NCBI GenBank assembly: GCA_035699625.1
Contig: DASSPM010000159.1
Span: forward strand, 11,203 to 75,202
DNA: 64,000 bases
From: Candidatus Limnocylindrales bacterium
GTDB taxonomy: Bacteria > Chloroflexota > Limnocylindria > Limnocylindrales > CSP1-4
Direction: 5' to 3'
Of the stretch, positions 16,207 to 26,719 are shown piece after piece. Positions within the stretch are counted from its first letter, which is position 1. The number at the start of each line of letters is the position of its first letter. The translations under genes and the position numbers were made by a program. The notes under the pieces are model-generated. The model saw only the letters and a program-made list of their open reading frames with translations. It did no database searches and was not told the origin of the DNA.

Positions 16207-18090
16207 ATCGAGAGGCGATCGCGGCGCAGCCGCTGGCGAGCGCACACGGGGTCCCTGGCCGCGCTGCTGCTCGCGGGCTGGCTGCTCACGGGTTGCCAGG
16301 CGACGCCGCCGCCGTACGTCATCGCGGGCTGCACGCGGACCGACCCCGCTGGCCGCTCGGTGGCGCGCATCTGGGACGAGACGCTGCTCGAGCTGGTCCG
16401 CCAGGTGGTGCCGGCCCCTACCGAGCACGCACGCAACCTCTTCCACGTCTCGGCCGCGATGTGGGACGCCTGGGCCGCCTACGACCCGGCGGCCGACGGC
16501 TACTTCGTGCACGAGAAGCAGCGCGCCGATGATCCCAGAGCGGCTCGCGAGGCGGCCATCAGCTACGCCGCCTACCGGATCCTGCTGTGGCGCTACGCGC
16601 GCGTGGCCGACCTGCCGGCGGCGACCGGGCAGCTCGACGGCGTGATGCGCTCGCTCTGCTACCGCACCGACGTCACGGCCACCACAGGCGATTCGCCGGC
16701 CGCCCTCGGCAACCGCATCGCCGAGGCGGTCATCGCCTACGGCCACGGCGACGGGGCGCGCGAGGACGAGCGCTACGTCGATGCCTCCTACAACCCGCGC
16801 AACGAGCCACTCGTGGTGACCGAGCCCGGCACGGTCATGCGCGACCCCGACCGCTGGCAGCCGCTCGCGCTCGACAAGCAGCTGGCGCAGAACGGGCTGC
16901 CCATCCCGGGCAAGGTGCAGACCTTCATCGGCCCGCACTGGGGCCACGTGACGGGCTTCGCGCTGCCCACCTCCGACGCCGGGACGCCCATCGATCCCGG
17001 CCCGCCGCCACGCCTTTCCGATCCGGCCACGGCCGCCGCGTACCGGGAGGCGGCCGTGGAGGTCCTGCGTTACAGCAGCCAGCTCGATCCGGCCGACGGC
17101 GTGACCGTGGACGCCAGCCCGGGTGCCATCGGCGGCAGCAGCCTGGGCGCCAACGATGGGCGCGGCCACCGGGTCAACCCGGCCACCGGGCAGCCCTACG
17201 CGGCGCAGCTCGTCCTGCGCGCCGATCTCGCGCGCACCCTGGCCGAGTACTGGGCCGACGGTCCCAGGTCAGAGACACCGCCGGGCCACTGGAACGTCAT
17301 CGCCAACGAGGTCTCCGATGCCCCCGGCTTCGAGCGGCGGCTGGGCGGCAGCGGCCCGGAGCTCGACCGCCTCGAGTGGGACGTCAAGCTCTACTTCGCA
17401 CTCAACGGCGCCGAGCACGACGCGGCCGTCGCCGCCTGGGGCCTGAAGGGCTTCTACGACTCCGCCCGGCCGATGTCGATGATCCGCTACATGGGCGGCC
17501 GTGGCCAGTCGTCCGACCCATCGGGCCCCGCCTACGACCCGCAGGGGCTGCCGCTGGTGCCCGGCCTGATCGAGGTCGTGACCGCCGGCTCAAGCGCCCC
17601 GGGTCAGCGGCACGCGAACCTCGGCAAGCACATCGGTGAGGTCGCCGTCCGCACCTGGCGGGGCTTCCCCGCCGACCCGGCCAGCCAGACCAGCGGCGTG
17701 GGCTGGATCCGGGCGGTCGAGTGGGTGCCGTACCAGCGCGCGACCTTCGTGACGCCCGCCTTCGCGGGGTACGTCTCGGGCCACAGCACCTTCAGCCGCG
17801 CTGCGGCCGAGGTGCTCACAGCGATGACCGGCGACGCCTTCTTCCCGGGCGGTGCGTACGAGTGGACGCTGCCCGCCGGGAAGCTCCAGCACGAGAAGGG
17901 CCCGACGCGCGATGTCACCCTCCGCTGGGCGACCTATGCCGACGCCGCCGACCAGGCCGGCCTCTCACGGCTCTACATGGGCATCCACATCGCCGCGGAT
18001 GACTTCACCGGCCGGCGCATCGGCTGGACCTGCGGCCGCGACGCCTGGGCGCTCGCCACGCGCCACTTCGACGGTTCGGCACGACCCTAA
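16207..18090 (+). CDS. PAP2 / vanadium-haloperoxidase-related lipoprotein (first canonical start is GTG 16360)
   Basis: PAP2 signature K-x6-RP (KGFYDSARP), PAFAGYVSGHS and SRLYMGIHIAADD. In-frame upstream codons encode a lipoprotein signal peptide (RRSRRSRWRAHTGSLAALLLAGWLLTGC) with no ATG, GTG or TTG. ATC 16207 sits 6 nt after GGAGGGG. Confidence 0.8.
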   Translation: MERRSRRSRWRAHTGSLAALLLAGWLLTGCQATPPPYVIAGCTRTDPAGRSVARIWDETLLELVRQVVPAPTEHARNLFHVSAAMWDAWAAYDPAADGYFVHEKQRADDPRAAREAAISYAAYRILLWRYARVADLPAATGQLDGVMRSLCYRTDVTATTGDSPAALGNRIAEAVIAYGHGDGAREDERYVDASYNPRNEPLVVTEPGTVMRDPDRWQPLALDKQLAQNGLPIPGKVQTFIGPHWGHVTGFALPTSDAGTPIDPGPPPRLSDPATAAAYREAAVEVLRYSSQLDPADGVTVDASPGAIGGSSLGANDGRGHRVNPATGQPYAAQLVLRADLARTLAEYWADGPRSETPPGHWNVIANEVSDAPGFERRLGGSGPELDRLEWDVKLYFALNGAEHDAAVAAWGLKGFYDSARPMSMIRYMGGRGQSSDPSGPAYDPQGLPLVPGLIEVVTAGSSAPGQRHANLGKHIGEVAVRTWRGFPADPASQTSGVGWIRAVEWVPYQRATFVTPAFAGYVSGHSTFSRAAAEVLTAMTGDAFFPGGAYEWTLPAGKLQHEKGPTRDVTLRWATYADAADQAGLSRLYMGIHIAADDFTGRRIGWTCGRDAWALATRHFDGSARP

Positions 18091-19076
18091 CGCCGCGCAG
18101 CGGCCTCGAAGACGCGCTCGATGACGCGCAGGTTGGCCACGGCATCCTCGGGCGGGACGGGCGTCGGCAGACCGTCGAGCACGGCCGCCGCGAAGCGCTC
18201 GGCCTCGACCGCGTAGGGGTCCGCGGCCGGGATGACGATGCGCTCCGTGGCCGGCGCCACCGGCGGGTCCCCGCCGGCGCTGACCTCGATCACCGTGGGT
18301 CGGTCGGGCGGGATGTTGAAGGGGATGCCGACCGAGATGCGGCCGCGCGTGCCGTAGACCTGCACGCGCTGGTCGTCCTCGGCGCGCGTCGAGCAGGTGA
18401 AGTCGGCGACGCCATCCTCGAAGACGAGCAGCCCGCTGGTCAGCGTGTCCGTGTCGGTCGTGGCGTCGCGCACGCTGACTGCGTCGACCCGGATGGGCTC
18501 GCCGCCGAAGAGCATGCGCGAGAGATTGATGCAGTAGCAGCCGATGTCGTAGAGGGCGCCGCCGCCGTAGGCGCCGATGTTGCGGATGTTGGCCGGGTCA
18601 TCGTTGTAGTACGAGAACCAGCTCTGGACGGCGACCAGGCGGCCGATGCGTCCGCTGGCCACCAGCTCGCGCACCGCCAGCCAGGATGGATGGAGGCGGT
18701 ACATGAAGGCCTCCATCAGCTGCACCCCTGCCGCGGCCGTGGCGTCGATCATGCGCTGGGCGTCGGCCGCGGTCAGCGCCAGAGGCTTCTCGCACAGGAT
18801 GTGCTTGCCGGCCTCGGCCGCGGCGACGGTCCACTCGGCGTGCAGGTGGTTGGGCAGCGGGATGTAGACGGCATCGATGCCGGGGTCGGCCAGGAGCGCC
18901 TCATAGGAGTCGTGGACGCGCTCGATGCCGAGCCGCTCGGCGATGGGCCGCGCCCGTGTCGCGTCACGCGAGGCGATGGCCGCGACCTGGCAGCGCTGGG
19001 CTTTCTGGATGCCCGGGATGACCTTCTCCACGGCGATCCTGGCAGTCGACAGGACGCCCCAGCGCAGGCTACTCAT
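18087..19076 (-). CDS. Gfo/Idh/MocA-family NAD(P)-dependent oxidoreductase
   Basis: MSSLRWGVLSTARIAVEKVIP...EKPLALTAADAQRMI. ATG 19076 is preceded by GGGAGGA. Its TAG (18087-18089) overlaps the TAA (18088-18090) of the convergent PAP2 gene. Confidence 0.88.
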   Translation of the reverse strand: MSSLRWGVLSTARIAVEKVIPGIQKAQRCQVAAIASRDATRARPIAERLGIERVHDSYEALLADPGIDAVYIPLPNHLHAEWTVAAAEAGKHILCEKPLALTAADAQRMIDATAAAGVQLMEAFMYRLHPSWLAVRELVASGRIGRLVAVQSWFSYYNDDPANIRNIGAYGGGALYDIGCYCINLSRMLFGGEPIRVDAVSVRDATTDTDTLTSGLLVFEDGVADFTCSTRAEDDQRVQVYGTRGRISVGIPFNIPPDRPTVIEVSAGGDPPVAPATERIVIPAADPYAVEAERFAAAVLDGLPTPVPPEDAVANLRVIERVFEAAARR

Positions 19077-19156
19077 CGATCCTCCCTTGACATGGCCCGG
19101 TCGTTGGCGGAGTCTGTCACAAACATTTGGAAGAGAGGAACACAAACCGGGTGGCG
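19077..19156. promoter_or_regulatory. divergent control region with an AT-rich island (candidate ROK/XylR operator)
   Basis: TTGACA at 19087-19092. Direct repeats CACAAAC at 19118-19124 and 19141-19147. Near-palindrome CAAACATTTG at 19120-19129. This is the only AT-rich stretch in this part of the window. Confidence 0.3.
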
Positions 19157-20416
19157 ATGGTCTGGCAGCAGGCGGTCGGGCAGCGAAGCGAGACGGCGCA
19201 CCGGGCGAACCTCAGCGCCATCGCACGCGAGCTCCACGCGCATGGCCGGCTCTCGCGCTCCGCGCTCGTGGCCCGCACCGGCCTGACGCGCACCACCATC
19301 CGCGGCCTGATCGGCGAGTTCGCCGCCGCAGAGCTGGTCTCCGAGGAGCGGCCCGCGCCGCTGGGCGTGCCCGGCCGGCCCTCCCCGCTGGTCCGCCTGG
19401 AGCCCGAGGGCGGGGTGGTGCTGGCCCTGGAGATCGCCGTGGACTCCCTGGCGGCGGCCTATGTCGGCCTGGGCGGCGTGGTCATCGACCGCATCCGCGT
19501 GGACCGGCCACGGGCCCACCTCTCCGTGGACGAGATCGGCTCCGATCTGGCCGCGCTGGCCGGGCAGCTGCGGTTGCCGCAGCGCGCCCGTGGCGCCCTC
19601 ATGGGCATCGGCGTGGCCGTCGTGGGTATCGTGCGCCGCAGCGACGGCTTCGTGTCCGTGGCGCCCAACCTCGGCTGGCGCGACGTGCCCCTGGGCGCTC
19701 GCCTGGCACGCGCGCTGCAGACGAACCTCCCCATCAACGTGGCCAACGAGGCCGACCTGGGCGCGCTGGCCGAGCACCGCCGCGGTGCCGGTGTCGGCGC
19801 CGAGCACCTGCTCTTCGTTTCGGGCGAGGTCGGCGTCGGCGGCGGCATGATCGTGGCCGGCGCGGCGGCGGTGGGAGCCGCCGGTTATGGCGGGGAGATC
19901 GGCCACATGCCCGTCAACCCGACCGGCGTCGCCTGCGGCTGCGGCTCGTCCGGCTGCTGGGAGACGGAGGTCGGCGAGCGGGCGCTGCTGGCGCTGGCGG
20001 GGCGCGACCCGTCCGGCGGCGCGGCAGAGGTTGACGGGGTGCTGGGTGCGGCGCAGGCAGGCGACGCGCGCGCGCTGGCCGCCCTCGACAGCGTGGGCCG
20101 CTGGCTGGGCATCGGCCTGGCCGGGCTGGTCAACCTGCTCGACCCGGAGCGCATCATCCTGGGCGGCCTCTTCGGGCGCGTCCATCCCTACGTGGCGCGG
20201 CGCATCGAGGAGGAGCTGGACCGACGGGCACTGGCCGCGCCGCGCCAGCTGGTGCGGGTGGTGCCGGCCCGGCTCGGCATCGACGCGCCGCTCATCGGGG
20301 CCGCCGAGCTGGCCCTGCAGGCGTTCCTCGACGACCCGGCCGCCTGGCTGCGGCCCCGCCGGCCGACGGCTGCGGCGGGTCAGCGCTTGAGCGGGGGAGT
20401 GGAGGGTGTAGCCTAG
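19157..20416 (+). CDS. ROK-family transcriptional repressor (XylR-like)
   Basis: N-terminal wHTH (LSRSALVARTGLTRTTIRGLIGEF) and the ROK zinc motif GHMPVNPTGVACGCGSSGCWE. Start taken at ATG 19157. GTG 19151 and the ORF-track TTG 19127 remain possible. Confidence 0.85.
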   Translation: MVWQQAVGQRSETAHRANLSAIARELHAHGRLSRSALVARTGLTRTTIRGLIGEFAAAELVSEERPAPLGVPGRPSPLVRLEPEGGVVLALEIAVDSLAAAYVGLGGVVIDRIRVDRPRAHLSVDEIGSDLAALAGQLRLPQRARGALMGIGVAVVGIVRRSDGFVSVAPNLGWRDVPLGARLARALQTNLPINVANEADLGALAEHRRGAGVGAEHLLFVSGEVGVGGGMIVAGAAAVGAAGYGGEIGHMPVNPTGVACGCGSSGCWETEVGERALLALAGRDPSGGAAEVDGVLGAAQAGDARALAALDSVGRWLGIGLAGLVNLLDPERIILGGLFGRVHPYVARRIEEELDRRALAAPRQLVRVVPARLGIDAPLIGAAELALQAFLDDPAAWLRPRRPTAAAGQRLSGGVEGVA

Positions 20417-20483
20417 CGAGATGGTGCGGTCATGGAGTCGCGCTGGAACGCGCGCACAGACGGGCACAGGAGGAGGAGGGTTC

Positions 20484-21584
20484 ATGTCGAGACGACGATT
20501 CCCGGCGATCTTCGCGGCCCTGTTCGTGGCGGCCGCGGCGTGTCAGCCGGGAGGGGGGACGGGCGGCGGCGATTGCGTCGTCGGCGTCTCCTGGAACAAC
20601 TACCAGCAGCCGCGCTGGGCCAAGGCGGACGAGCCCGCCATCAAGAAGGCCATCGAGGCCGGCGGCGGCAAGTACATCCGGGCTGACGCCCAGGACAAGG
20701 AAGACGTCCAGCTGCAGGACATCGACAGCCTGATCAACCAGGGTGCCAAGGTCCTCATCGTGCTGGCCAAGGACAACAAGGCCATCCTGCCGGCCATCGA
20801 GAAGGCCAAGGCGCGCAACATCCCGGTCATCGGCTACGACCGCCTGATCGAGGACCCGAGCGTCTTCTACATCACCTTCGACAACGAGAAGGTGGGCACG
20901 CTCATGGCCCAGGAGGTCATGAAGGCCAAGCCGAAGGGCACCTACGTGGTCATCAAGGGCCACAAGGCCGATCCCAACGCCGACTTCCTGCGCGGCGGCA
21001 TGGACAAGGCCGGCCTCAAGGACGCCGTCGCCAAGGGCGACATCACCATCGCCTACGAGGAATACACGGACGGCTGGAAGACCGAGAACGCCCAGAAGAA
21101 CATGGAGGCGGCGCTGGCCAAGACCAACAACAAGGTCGACGCGGTCCTCTCCGAGAACGACAGCATGGCCATCGGCGTGGTCGCCGCGCTGGACAAGGTC
21201 GGCCTCGCCGGGACGGTCCCGGTGAGCGGCCAGGACGGCGATGAGGCCAACCTCAACAACGTGGCCAAGGGACTGCAGTTGGTCGACGTTTGGAAGGACG
21301 CCTTCGCGCTGGGCGAGACGGCCGGCAATGCCGCCGTGCAGCTCTGCAAGGGCGCCAAGCTGGCCGACCTCAGTGCACCCTCCACGCTCAAGGAGCACGT
21401 CGCTCCCGAGAAGGGCGCCAAGGCCCAGCCGTTCACCACCCCCAACGGGACGACCGTGCAGTCGATCGTGCTCAAGCCGACGCCCATCACGGCCGCCAAC
21501 CTCGATCTGCCGATCAGCCTCGGCTGGATCACCAAGGACAAGGCCTGCGCGGGCGCCAAGCCCGACGTGGCAGCCTGTAAGTGA
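20484..21584 (+). CDS. xylF: D-xylose ABC transporter substrate-binding lipoprotein
   Basis: ATG 20484 follows AGGAGGAGGAGGG. The signal peptide ends AAAAC. VGVSWNNYQQPRWAKADEPAIKKAIE...NIPVIGYDRLI matches XylF-type periplasmic binding proteins. Confidence 0.85.
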   Translation: MSRRRFPAIFAALFVAAAACQPGGGTGGGDCVVGVSWNNYQQPRWAKADEPAIKKAIEAGGGKYIRADAQDKEDVQLQDIDSLINQGAKVLIVLAKDNKAILPAIEKAKARNIPVIGYDRLIEDPSVFYITFDNEKVGTLMAQEVMKAKPKGTYVVIKGHKADPNADFLRGGMDKAGLKDAVAKGDITIAYEEYTDGWKTENAQKNMEAALAKTNNKVDAVLSENDSMAIGVVAALDKVGLAGTVPVSGQDGDEANLNNVAKGLQLVDVWKDAFALGETAGNAAVQLCKGAKLADLSAPSTLKEHVAPEKGAKAQPFTTPNGTTVQSIVLKPTPITAANLDLPISLGWITKDKACAGAKPDVAACK

Positions 21585-21590
21585 CCCTCA

Positions 21591-21646
21591 CCGGCTGAGG
21601 AAGAGCCGGATCCGGGGCCTGCGTCCGACGCGTCGGACGCAGGCCC
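21591..21646 (+). terminator. tandem intercistronic stem-loops between xylF and xylH (attenuator/mRNA-stabiliser type)
   Basis: Hairpin 1: CCGGCT (21591-21596) / AGCCGG (21604-21609). Hairpin 2: a perfect 15-bp stem GGGCCTGCGTCCGAC (21615-21629) / GTCGGACGCAGGCCC (21632-21646), followed by TT. Confidence 0.55.
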
Positions 21647-21676
21647 TTCAGCTACGCAGACGCGTGAGGCATCGAG

Positions 21677-22987
21677 ATGTCTGACGTCCCGGCCGCGCTC
21701 CCGCAGCAGACGGAGACCCGCGCACGTCCGTCACTGCGCGAGCTGGTGGCAGCGACCGAGATCGACCTGCGCCTCTTCGGCATGGTCGTGGCGCTGGTGG
21801 CCATCGTGCTCGGTTTCGGCCTCGCCACCGGCGGCCGGTATCTCGAGCCGGCCAACCTCATCACCCTCTCCGTGCAGGCCGCGGCCGTGGCCATCATCGC
21901 CACGGGCATGGTGCTCATCATCGTCTCGCGCAACATCGATCTCTCGGTCGGCTCGATCGTGGGCGTGGTGGCGATGTCCTATGCGCTGCTCATGACCGAG
22001 TACCTGCCGCGCATCTTGGGCTTCGAGAACCCCTTCACCTGGATCATCGCCCTCGCCCTCGGCCTTGCCATCGGCGGCTTCATCGGCGGCCTCCAGGGCT
22101 TCATCATCGCCTACGTCGGCGTGCCCTCCTTCGTGGTCACGCTGGGCGGCCTGCTCATCCTGCGCGGCCTGGTCTGGGTCATGTCGAGCGGCGCCTCGGT
22201 CTCGGGCCTGGACCCCACCTTCCAGCTGCTGGGCGGCGGTCCCGAAGGTTCCCTCGGCGGCACCGCCAGCTGGATCGTCGGCGCGGCGCTCTGCGCCGGC
22301 ATCGTCTGGCTCATCGTCTACAACCGCCGGCAGCGCCGGAAATTCGGCTTCCCACTGCGGCCGGCCTGGGCCGAGGTGCTACTGGCCGGCGCGGGCATCG
22401 GCGTGACCTTGCTGCTGGTCAAGATCGCCAACGACTATCTCTGGCCGGCGCCGCTCGCCGAACGCTACGCGCGTGAGAACGGCATCACCGTCCCGCCCGG
22501 CGGCCTGCGCATCGAGTCGGGCATCCCGTATCCGCTGCTGCTGGTGCTGGTGGTGACACTGCTGATGGCCTTCATCGCCACGCGGCGTCGTTTCGGCCGC
22601 TACGTGTTCGCCATCGGCGGCAACCCCGAGGCGGCCGAGCTGGCCGGCATCAACACGCGCCTGACGATCATGAAGACCTACATCCTGCTGGGCGTGCTGT
22701 GCGGCCTCAGCGCGGCCATCGCCGCGGCACGACTCAACGGCTCGACGCTCGACGTCGGCGTCGGCTACGAGCTCTACGTCATCGCCGCAGCGGTCATCGG
22801 CGGCACCTCGTTCGCGGGCGGCATCGGCACCATCCCGGGCGCCGTGCTGGGTGCGCTGGTGATGCAGTCGCTCGCCTACGGCGTGAGCTTCATGGGCTTC
22901 TCGTCGCCGGTCCAGAACATGATCGCCGGCATCGTGCTCATCGTCGCCGTCGGCTTCGATAGCTGGAACCGGCGCCGGGCCGGGTAG
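21677..22987 (+). CDS. xylH: sugar (xylose) ABC transporter permease
   Basis: 436-aa polytopic protein of the XylH/AraH type, located between the binding protein and the ATPase. Confidence 0.85.
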   Translation: MSDVPAALPQQTETRARPSLRELVAATEIDLRLFGMVVALVAIVLGFGLATGGRYLEPANLITLSVQAAAVAIIATGMVLIIVSRNIDLSVGSIVGVVAMSYALLMTEYLPRILGFENPFTWIIALALGLAIGGFIGGLQGFIIAYVGVPSFVVTLGGLLILRGLVWVMSSGASVSGLDPTFQLLGGGPEGSLGGTASWIVGAALCAGIVWLIVYNRRQRRKFGFPLRPAWAEVLLAGAGIGVTLLLVKIANDYLWPAPLAERYARENGITVPPGGLRIESGIPYPLLLVLVVTLLMAFIATRRRFGRYVFAIGGNPEAAELAGINTRLTIMKTYILLGVLCGLSAAIAAARLNGSTLDVGVGYELYVIAAAVIGGTSFAGGIGTIPGAVLGALVMQSLAYGVSFMGFSSPVQNMIAGIVLIVAVGFDSWNRRRAG

Positions 22988-23001
22988 GGAGGGGCCGTGC
23001 C

Positions 23002-23790
23002 ATGACCGTCGAGGCGCGCATCCCGCTGGTGGAGATGCGCAACATCCATGTCTCGTTCGGCGGCGTGCGCGCCGTCAACGACGTCAGCGTGGATCTCCAC
23101 GCCGGCGAGGTGGTCGGCCTCGTGGGTGGCAACGGTGCCGGCAAGTCGACCCTCATGCGGGCCCTCTCCGGCGCCCACCGGCCCGACTCGGGCGAGATCC
23201 TCGTCGAGGGCCAGCCGGTGACCATCGCCAACCCGCGCGACGCCAAGGACCTGGGCATCGAGTGCATCTATCAGACGCTGGCCCTGGCCGACAACGTCGA
23301 CGCGCCCGCCAACCTCTTCCTGGGCCGGGAACTGACGACCGTCTGGGGCACGCTCGACGAGTCGGCCATGGAGGACCGCACACGCAAGGTGATGGGCCGC
23401 CTCAACCCGCGCTTCACCGCCTTCAACAAGCCGGTGCGCTACCTCTCCGGCGGGCAGCGCCAGGCGGTGGCCATCGCGCGCGCCATCCACTTCAACGCGC
23501 GCGTCCTGATCATGGACGAGCCGACCGCCGCCCTCGGGCCGGCCGAGACGGCGCAGGTGCGCGACGTCATCCGGCAGCTCAAGAGCGAGGGCATCGGCAT
23601 CTTCCTGGTCAGCCACGACATCCACGACGTCTTCGACCTGGCCGACCGGATCAGCGTCATGTACCACGGCCGCATCGTGGACACGGTCAGCAAGGCCGAG
23701 GTGACCATCGACGAGGTCCTGGGCATGATCATCCTGGGCAAGCCGCCGGCGGCCGTGACGAGCCAGGAGCTGGCCGAGCTGCGCGGCTGA
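23002..23790 (+). CDS. xylG: sugar ABC transporter ATP-binding protein (single NBD)
   Basis: Walker [10 protein letters not shown], signature LSGGQRQ and Walker [12 protein letters not shown]. It is 262 aa, so it has one nucleotide-binding domain rather than the fused tandem form. Confidence 0.88.
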   Translation: MTVEARIPLVEMRNIHVSFGGVRAVNDVSVDLHAGEVVGLVGGNGAGKSTLMRALSGAHRPDSGEILVEGQPVTIANPRDAKDLGIECIYQTLALADNVDAPANLFLGRELTTVWGTLDESAMEDRTRKVMGRLNPRFTAFNKPVRYLSGGQRQAVAIARAIHFNARVLIMDEPTAALGPAETAQVRDVIRQLKSEGIGIFLVSHDIHDVFDLADRISVMYHGRIVDTVSKAEVTIDEVLGMIILGKPPAAVTSQELAELRG

Positions 23791-23824
23791 GCATCCGCGA
23801 CTGGCCGAGGAGGAGCGGAGGGCG

Positions 23825-25192
23825 ATGATGGAGGCCGAGTTCTTCGACGAGGTCCGCGGCCGGGTCCCCTTCGGCGGGCTGAACGCGCGCGAGCCACTCG
23901 CCTACCGGGTCTACCAGCCCGACCGGCTCGTGCTGGGGCGGCGCATGGAGGACCACCTGCGCATCGCGGTCTGCCTCTGGCACTCCTTCAACTGGCCCGG
24001 CTCGGACGTCTTCGGCGTGGGCACCTTCGACCGGCCCTGGCTCGCCGCCGGCGTCGAGCCGGCGCAGGCGATGCGCGAGAAGCTGGCCGCCGCCTTCGAG
24101 TTCGTGCACAAGCTGGGCGTGCCCTTCTTCTGCTTCCACGACCGGGACGTGGCGCCCGAAGGGAGCAGCTGGCGCGAGACGCGGGCGCACCTCGAGGCCG
24201 CCGTGGAGCTGATCGAGGGCCACATGGCGCGTACCGGCGTGCGCCTGCTGTGGGGCACCGCGAACCTCTTCTCGCACCCACGCTACGCGGCCGGCGCCGC
24301 CACCAACCCCGACCCGGAGGTCTTCGCCTACGCCGCCGCGCAGGTCAAGCTGATGCTGGAGGTGACGCAGCGGCTGGGCGGCGCCAACTACGTACTGTGG
24401 GGTGGCCGCGAAGGCTACGAGACGCTGCTCAACACGGACCTGGCCCGCGAGGAGGCACAGTTCGCGCGCTTCCTGCACCTGGTGGCCGAGCACAAACACC
24501 GCCTCGGCTTCGACGGCACGCTGCTCATCGAGCCCAAGCCCCAGGAGCCGACCAAGCACCAGTACGACTACGACTCGGCGACGGTGCTGGGCTTCCTCGC
24601 CCGTCACGGCCTGGAGGACGAGTACCGCGTGAACCTCGAGGTCAACCACGCCACGCTGGCCGGCCACAGCTTCCACCACGAGGTGGCCTGGGCCATCGCC
24701 AGCGGCGTCTTCGGCAGCGTCGATGTCAACCGCGGCGACTACCAGAACGGCTGGGATACGGACCAGTTCCCGAACTCGGTGGACGAGCTGGCGCTGGCGC
24801 TCTACGAGATCGTGCGCAGCGGCGGCTTCACCACGGGCGGCTTCAACTTCGACACCAAGCTGCGCCGCCAGAGCCTGCACCGGAGCGACCTCTTCCATGC
24901 CCACATCGGCGGCATCGACACGCTCGCCCGGGCGCTGCTCGTGGCGGCACGGCTCATCGAGGAGGGCGAGTTGGAGCGGCTGCGCCGGGAGCGCTATGCA
25001 GGCTGGGGCGAGCGCCTGGGCGCGGCGGTCATGTCGGGCGAGCTGGACCTGGCCGCGCTCGAAGCGCGGGTGGCCGATGGTGGCATCGATCCGCGCCCCG
25101 TCTCGGGACGCCAGGAGCTGCTCGAGAACCTCGTCAACCAGGCCATCTGGTCGGTGGACGGGCCCGCCTCGCCAGAGTCCGCCGAGCGGTGA
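23825..25192 (+). CDS. xylA: xylose isomerase (class II)
   Basis: [58 protein letters not shown] and WDTDQFP are all diagnostic XylA motifs. Confidence 0.95.
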   Translation: MMEAEFFDEVRGRVPFGGLNAREPLAYRVYQPDRLVLGRRMEDHLRIAVCLWHSFNWPGSDVFGVGTFDRPWLAAGVEPAQAMREKLAAAFEFVHKLGVPFFCFHDRDVAPEGSSWRETRAHLEAAVELIEGHMARTGVRLLWGTANLFSHPRYAAGAATNPDPEVFAYAAAQVKLMLEVTQRLGGANYVLWGGREGYETLLNTDLAREEAQFARFLHLVAEHKHRLGFDGTLLIEPKPQEPTKHQYDYDSATVLGFLARHGLEDEYRVNLEVNHATLAGHSFHHEVAWAIASGVFGSVDVNRGDYQNGWDTDQFPNSVDELALALYEIVRSGGFTTGGFNFDTKLRRQSLHRSDLFHAHIGGIDTLARALLVAARLIEEGELERLRRERYAGWGERLGAAVMSGELDLAALEARVADGGIDPRPVSGRQELLENLVNQAIWSVDGPASPESAER

Positions 25193-26715
25193 GCGCGGGC
25201 CGGGGGTCCGGCCCGGCCGGCCGGCACGTCCTCGCCCTCGACGTCTCGACCACCGCCACCAAGGCCCTGCTGGTCGACGATGCGGGCGGCATCGCCGGCG
25301 TGGCCGCCTCGGAGTACCCCTTCGCCGCGCCGCGGCCGGGCTGGAGCGAGCAGGACCCGGCGCTCTGGTGGACGGCCAGCCTGCAGGCCATCCGGGAGGT
25401 CCTGGCCACCTCCGCGGTGGACCCGGCTTCTGTCGCGGCGGTCGGCCTCAGCGGCCAGATGCACGGCCTGGTGCTGCTCGACGCGGCGGGCGATGTGATC
25501 CGGCCGGCCATCCTCTGGAACGACCAGCGCACGCAACGCCAGTGCGACGCGATGCGCGCTGCCGTGGGACGAGAGCGGCTCATCGCGCTCACGGGCAACG
25601 ACGCGCTGACCGGCTTCACGGCGCCCAAGATCCTCTGGCTGCGCGACGAGGAGCCCGAGGCGCTGCGGCGCACGCGCCGCATCCTGCTGCCCAAGGACTA
25701 CGTGCGCTTCCGCCTGACCGGCGAGGCCGCCACCGACTGTGCCGATGGATCGGGCACGATCCTCTTCGACCTTGCCGCGCGGGCCTGGTCGGACGAAGTG
25801 CTGGCCGCGCTCGGCATCGACCCGGCCTGGCTGCCGCGCGTCGCGGAAGGCCCCCAGGTGAGCGCCGTCATCGGCCGCGCCGCGGCCGATGACACCGGGC
25901 TGCCTGCGGGCACGCCGGTCGTGGCGGGCGGCGGCGACCAGGCCGCCAACGCCGTGGGCCTGGGCGTCGTGGAGGCTGGCCAGGTGGCCCTCTCGGTGGG
26001 CACCTCGGGCGTGGTCTTCGTGGCGACCGACCGGCCCGTGGTCGAGCCCGACGGGCGACTGCACGCCTTCTGCCATGCCGTGCCGGGGCGCTGGCACCTG
26101 ATGGGCGTGATGCTCTCCGCGGCCGGCAGCCTGCGCTGGTTCCGCGACGCCTTCGCCCCGGGGGTGACCTTCGAGCGTCTGGTCGAGGCTGCCGCGGGCG
26201 TGCCCGCCGGCAGCGAGGGGCTGCTCTTCCTGCCCTACCTCGTGGGCGAGCGGACGCCGCATCCCGACCCCGACGCGCGCGGCGCCTTCGTCGGGCTGAC
26301 CGTGCGCCACGGACTGGCGCACCTGACGCGGGCGGTCCTGGAAGGCGTCGCCTTCGGGCTGCGCGATTCGCTCGAGCTGGTGCGGGCCGTCATGCGTGAA
26401 CCCATCCCGTCCGTGCGCGCCTCCGGCGGCGGCACGCGCAGCCTGCTCTGGCGGCAGATCCTGGCCGACGTGCTGGAGGTGCCCCTGGAGACGACCGTCA
26501 CCTCCGAGGGGGCAGCCTACGGCGCGGCTCTGCTGGCGGCCGTGGGCGCCGGCTGGTACACCTCGGTGGCCGAGGCGGCCGCGGCCTGCGTGCGGCCGGC
26601 CTCGCGCGTCGAGCCGGGCTCCGACCGCGCTGCGTACGGACCGACCTACGCGGCCTACCGCGACCTGTACCCGGCCCTCCGCCCGACGTTCGCGGCCGCG
26701 GCACTGCGCGGCTGA
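25189..26715 (+). CDS. xylB: xylulokinase
   Basis: GTG 25189 overlaps the xylA TGA (GTGA). [25 protein letters not shown] and [13 protein letters not shown] are FGGY-kinase/XylB motifs. The upstream part of ORF 24250-26715 is out-of-frame overlap with xylA. Confidence 0.92.
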   Translation: MSAGRGSGPAGRHVLALDVSTTATKALLVDDAGGIAGVAASEYPFAAPRPGWSEQDPALWWTASLQAIREVLATSAVDPASVAAVGLSGQMHGLVLLDAAGDVIRPAILWNDQRTQRQCDAMRAAVGRERLIALTGNDALTGFTAPKILWLRDEEPEALRRTRRILLPKDYVRFRLTGEAATDCADGSGTILFDLAARAWSDEVLAALGIDPAWLPRVAEGPQVSAVIGRAAADDTGLPAGTPVVAGGGDQAANAVGLGVVEAGQVALSVGTSGVVFVATDRPVVEPDGRLHAFCHAVPGRWHLMGVMLSAAGSLRWFRDAFAPGVTFERLVEAAAGVPAGSEGLLFLPYLVGERTPHPDPDARGAFVGLTVRHGLAHLTRAVLEGVAFGLRDSLELVRAVMREPIPSVRASGGGTRSLLWRQILADVLEVPLETTVTSEGAAYGAALLAAVGAGWYTSVAEAAAACVRPASRVEPGSDRAAYGPTYAAYRDLYPALRPTFAAAALRG

Positions 26716-26719
26716 CGCC

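Noticed and set aside
16018-17169. Upstream part of the 942-aa minus-strand ORF containing the CRTAC1-like gene
   Set aside because: It runs antisense to the PAP2 gene. The signal/TM segment and FG-GAP repeats begin after GTG 16017.
24250-25188. N-terminal 313 codons of the 821-aa ORF that contains xylB
   Set aside because: This part overlaps xylA out of frame and is Arg/Pro/Gly junk. XylB homology begins right after GTG 25189, which overlaps the xylA stop.
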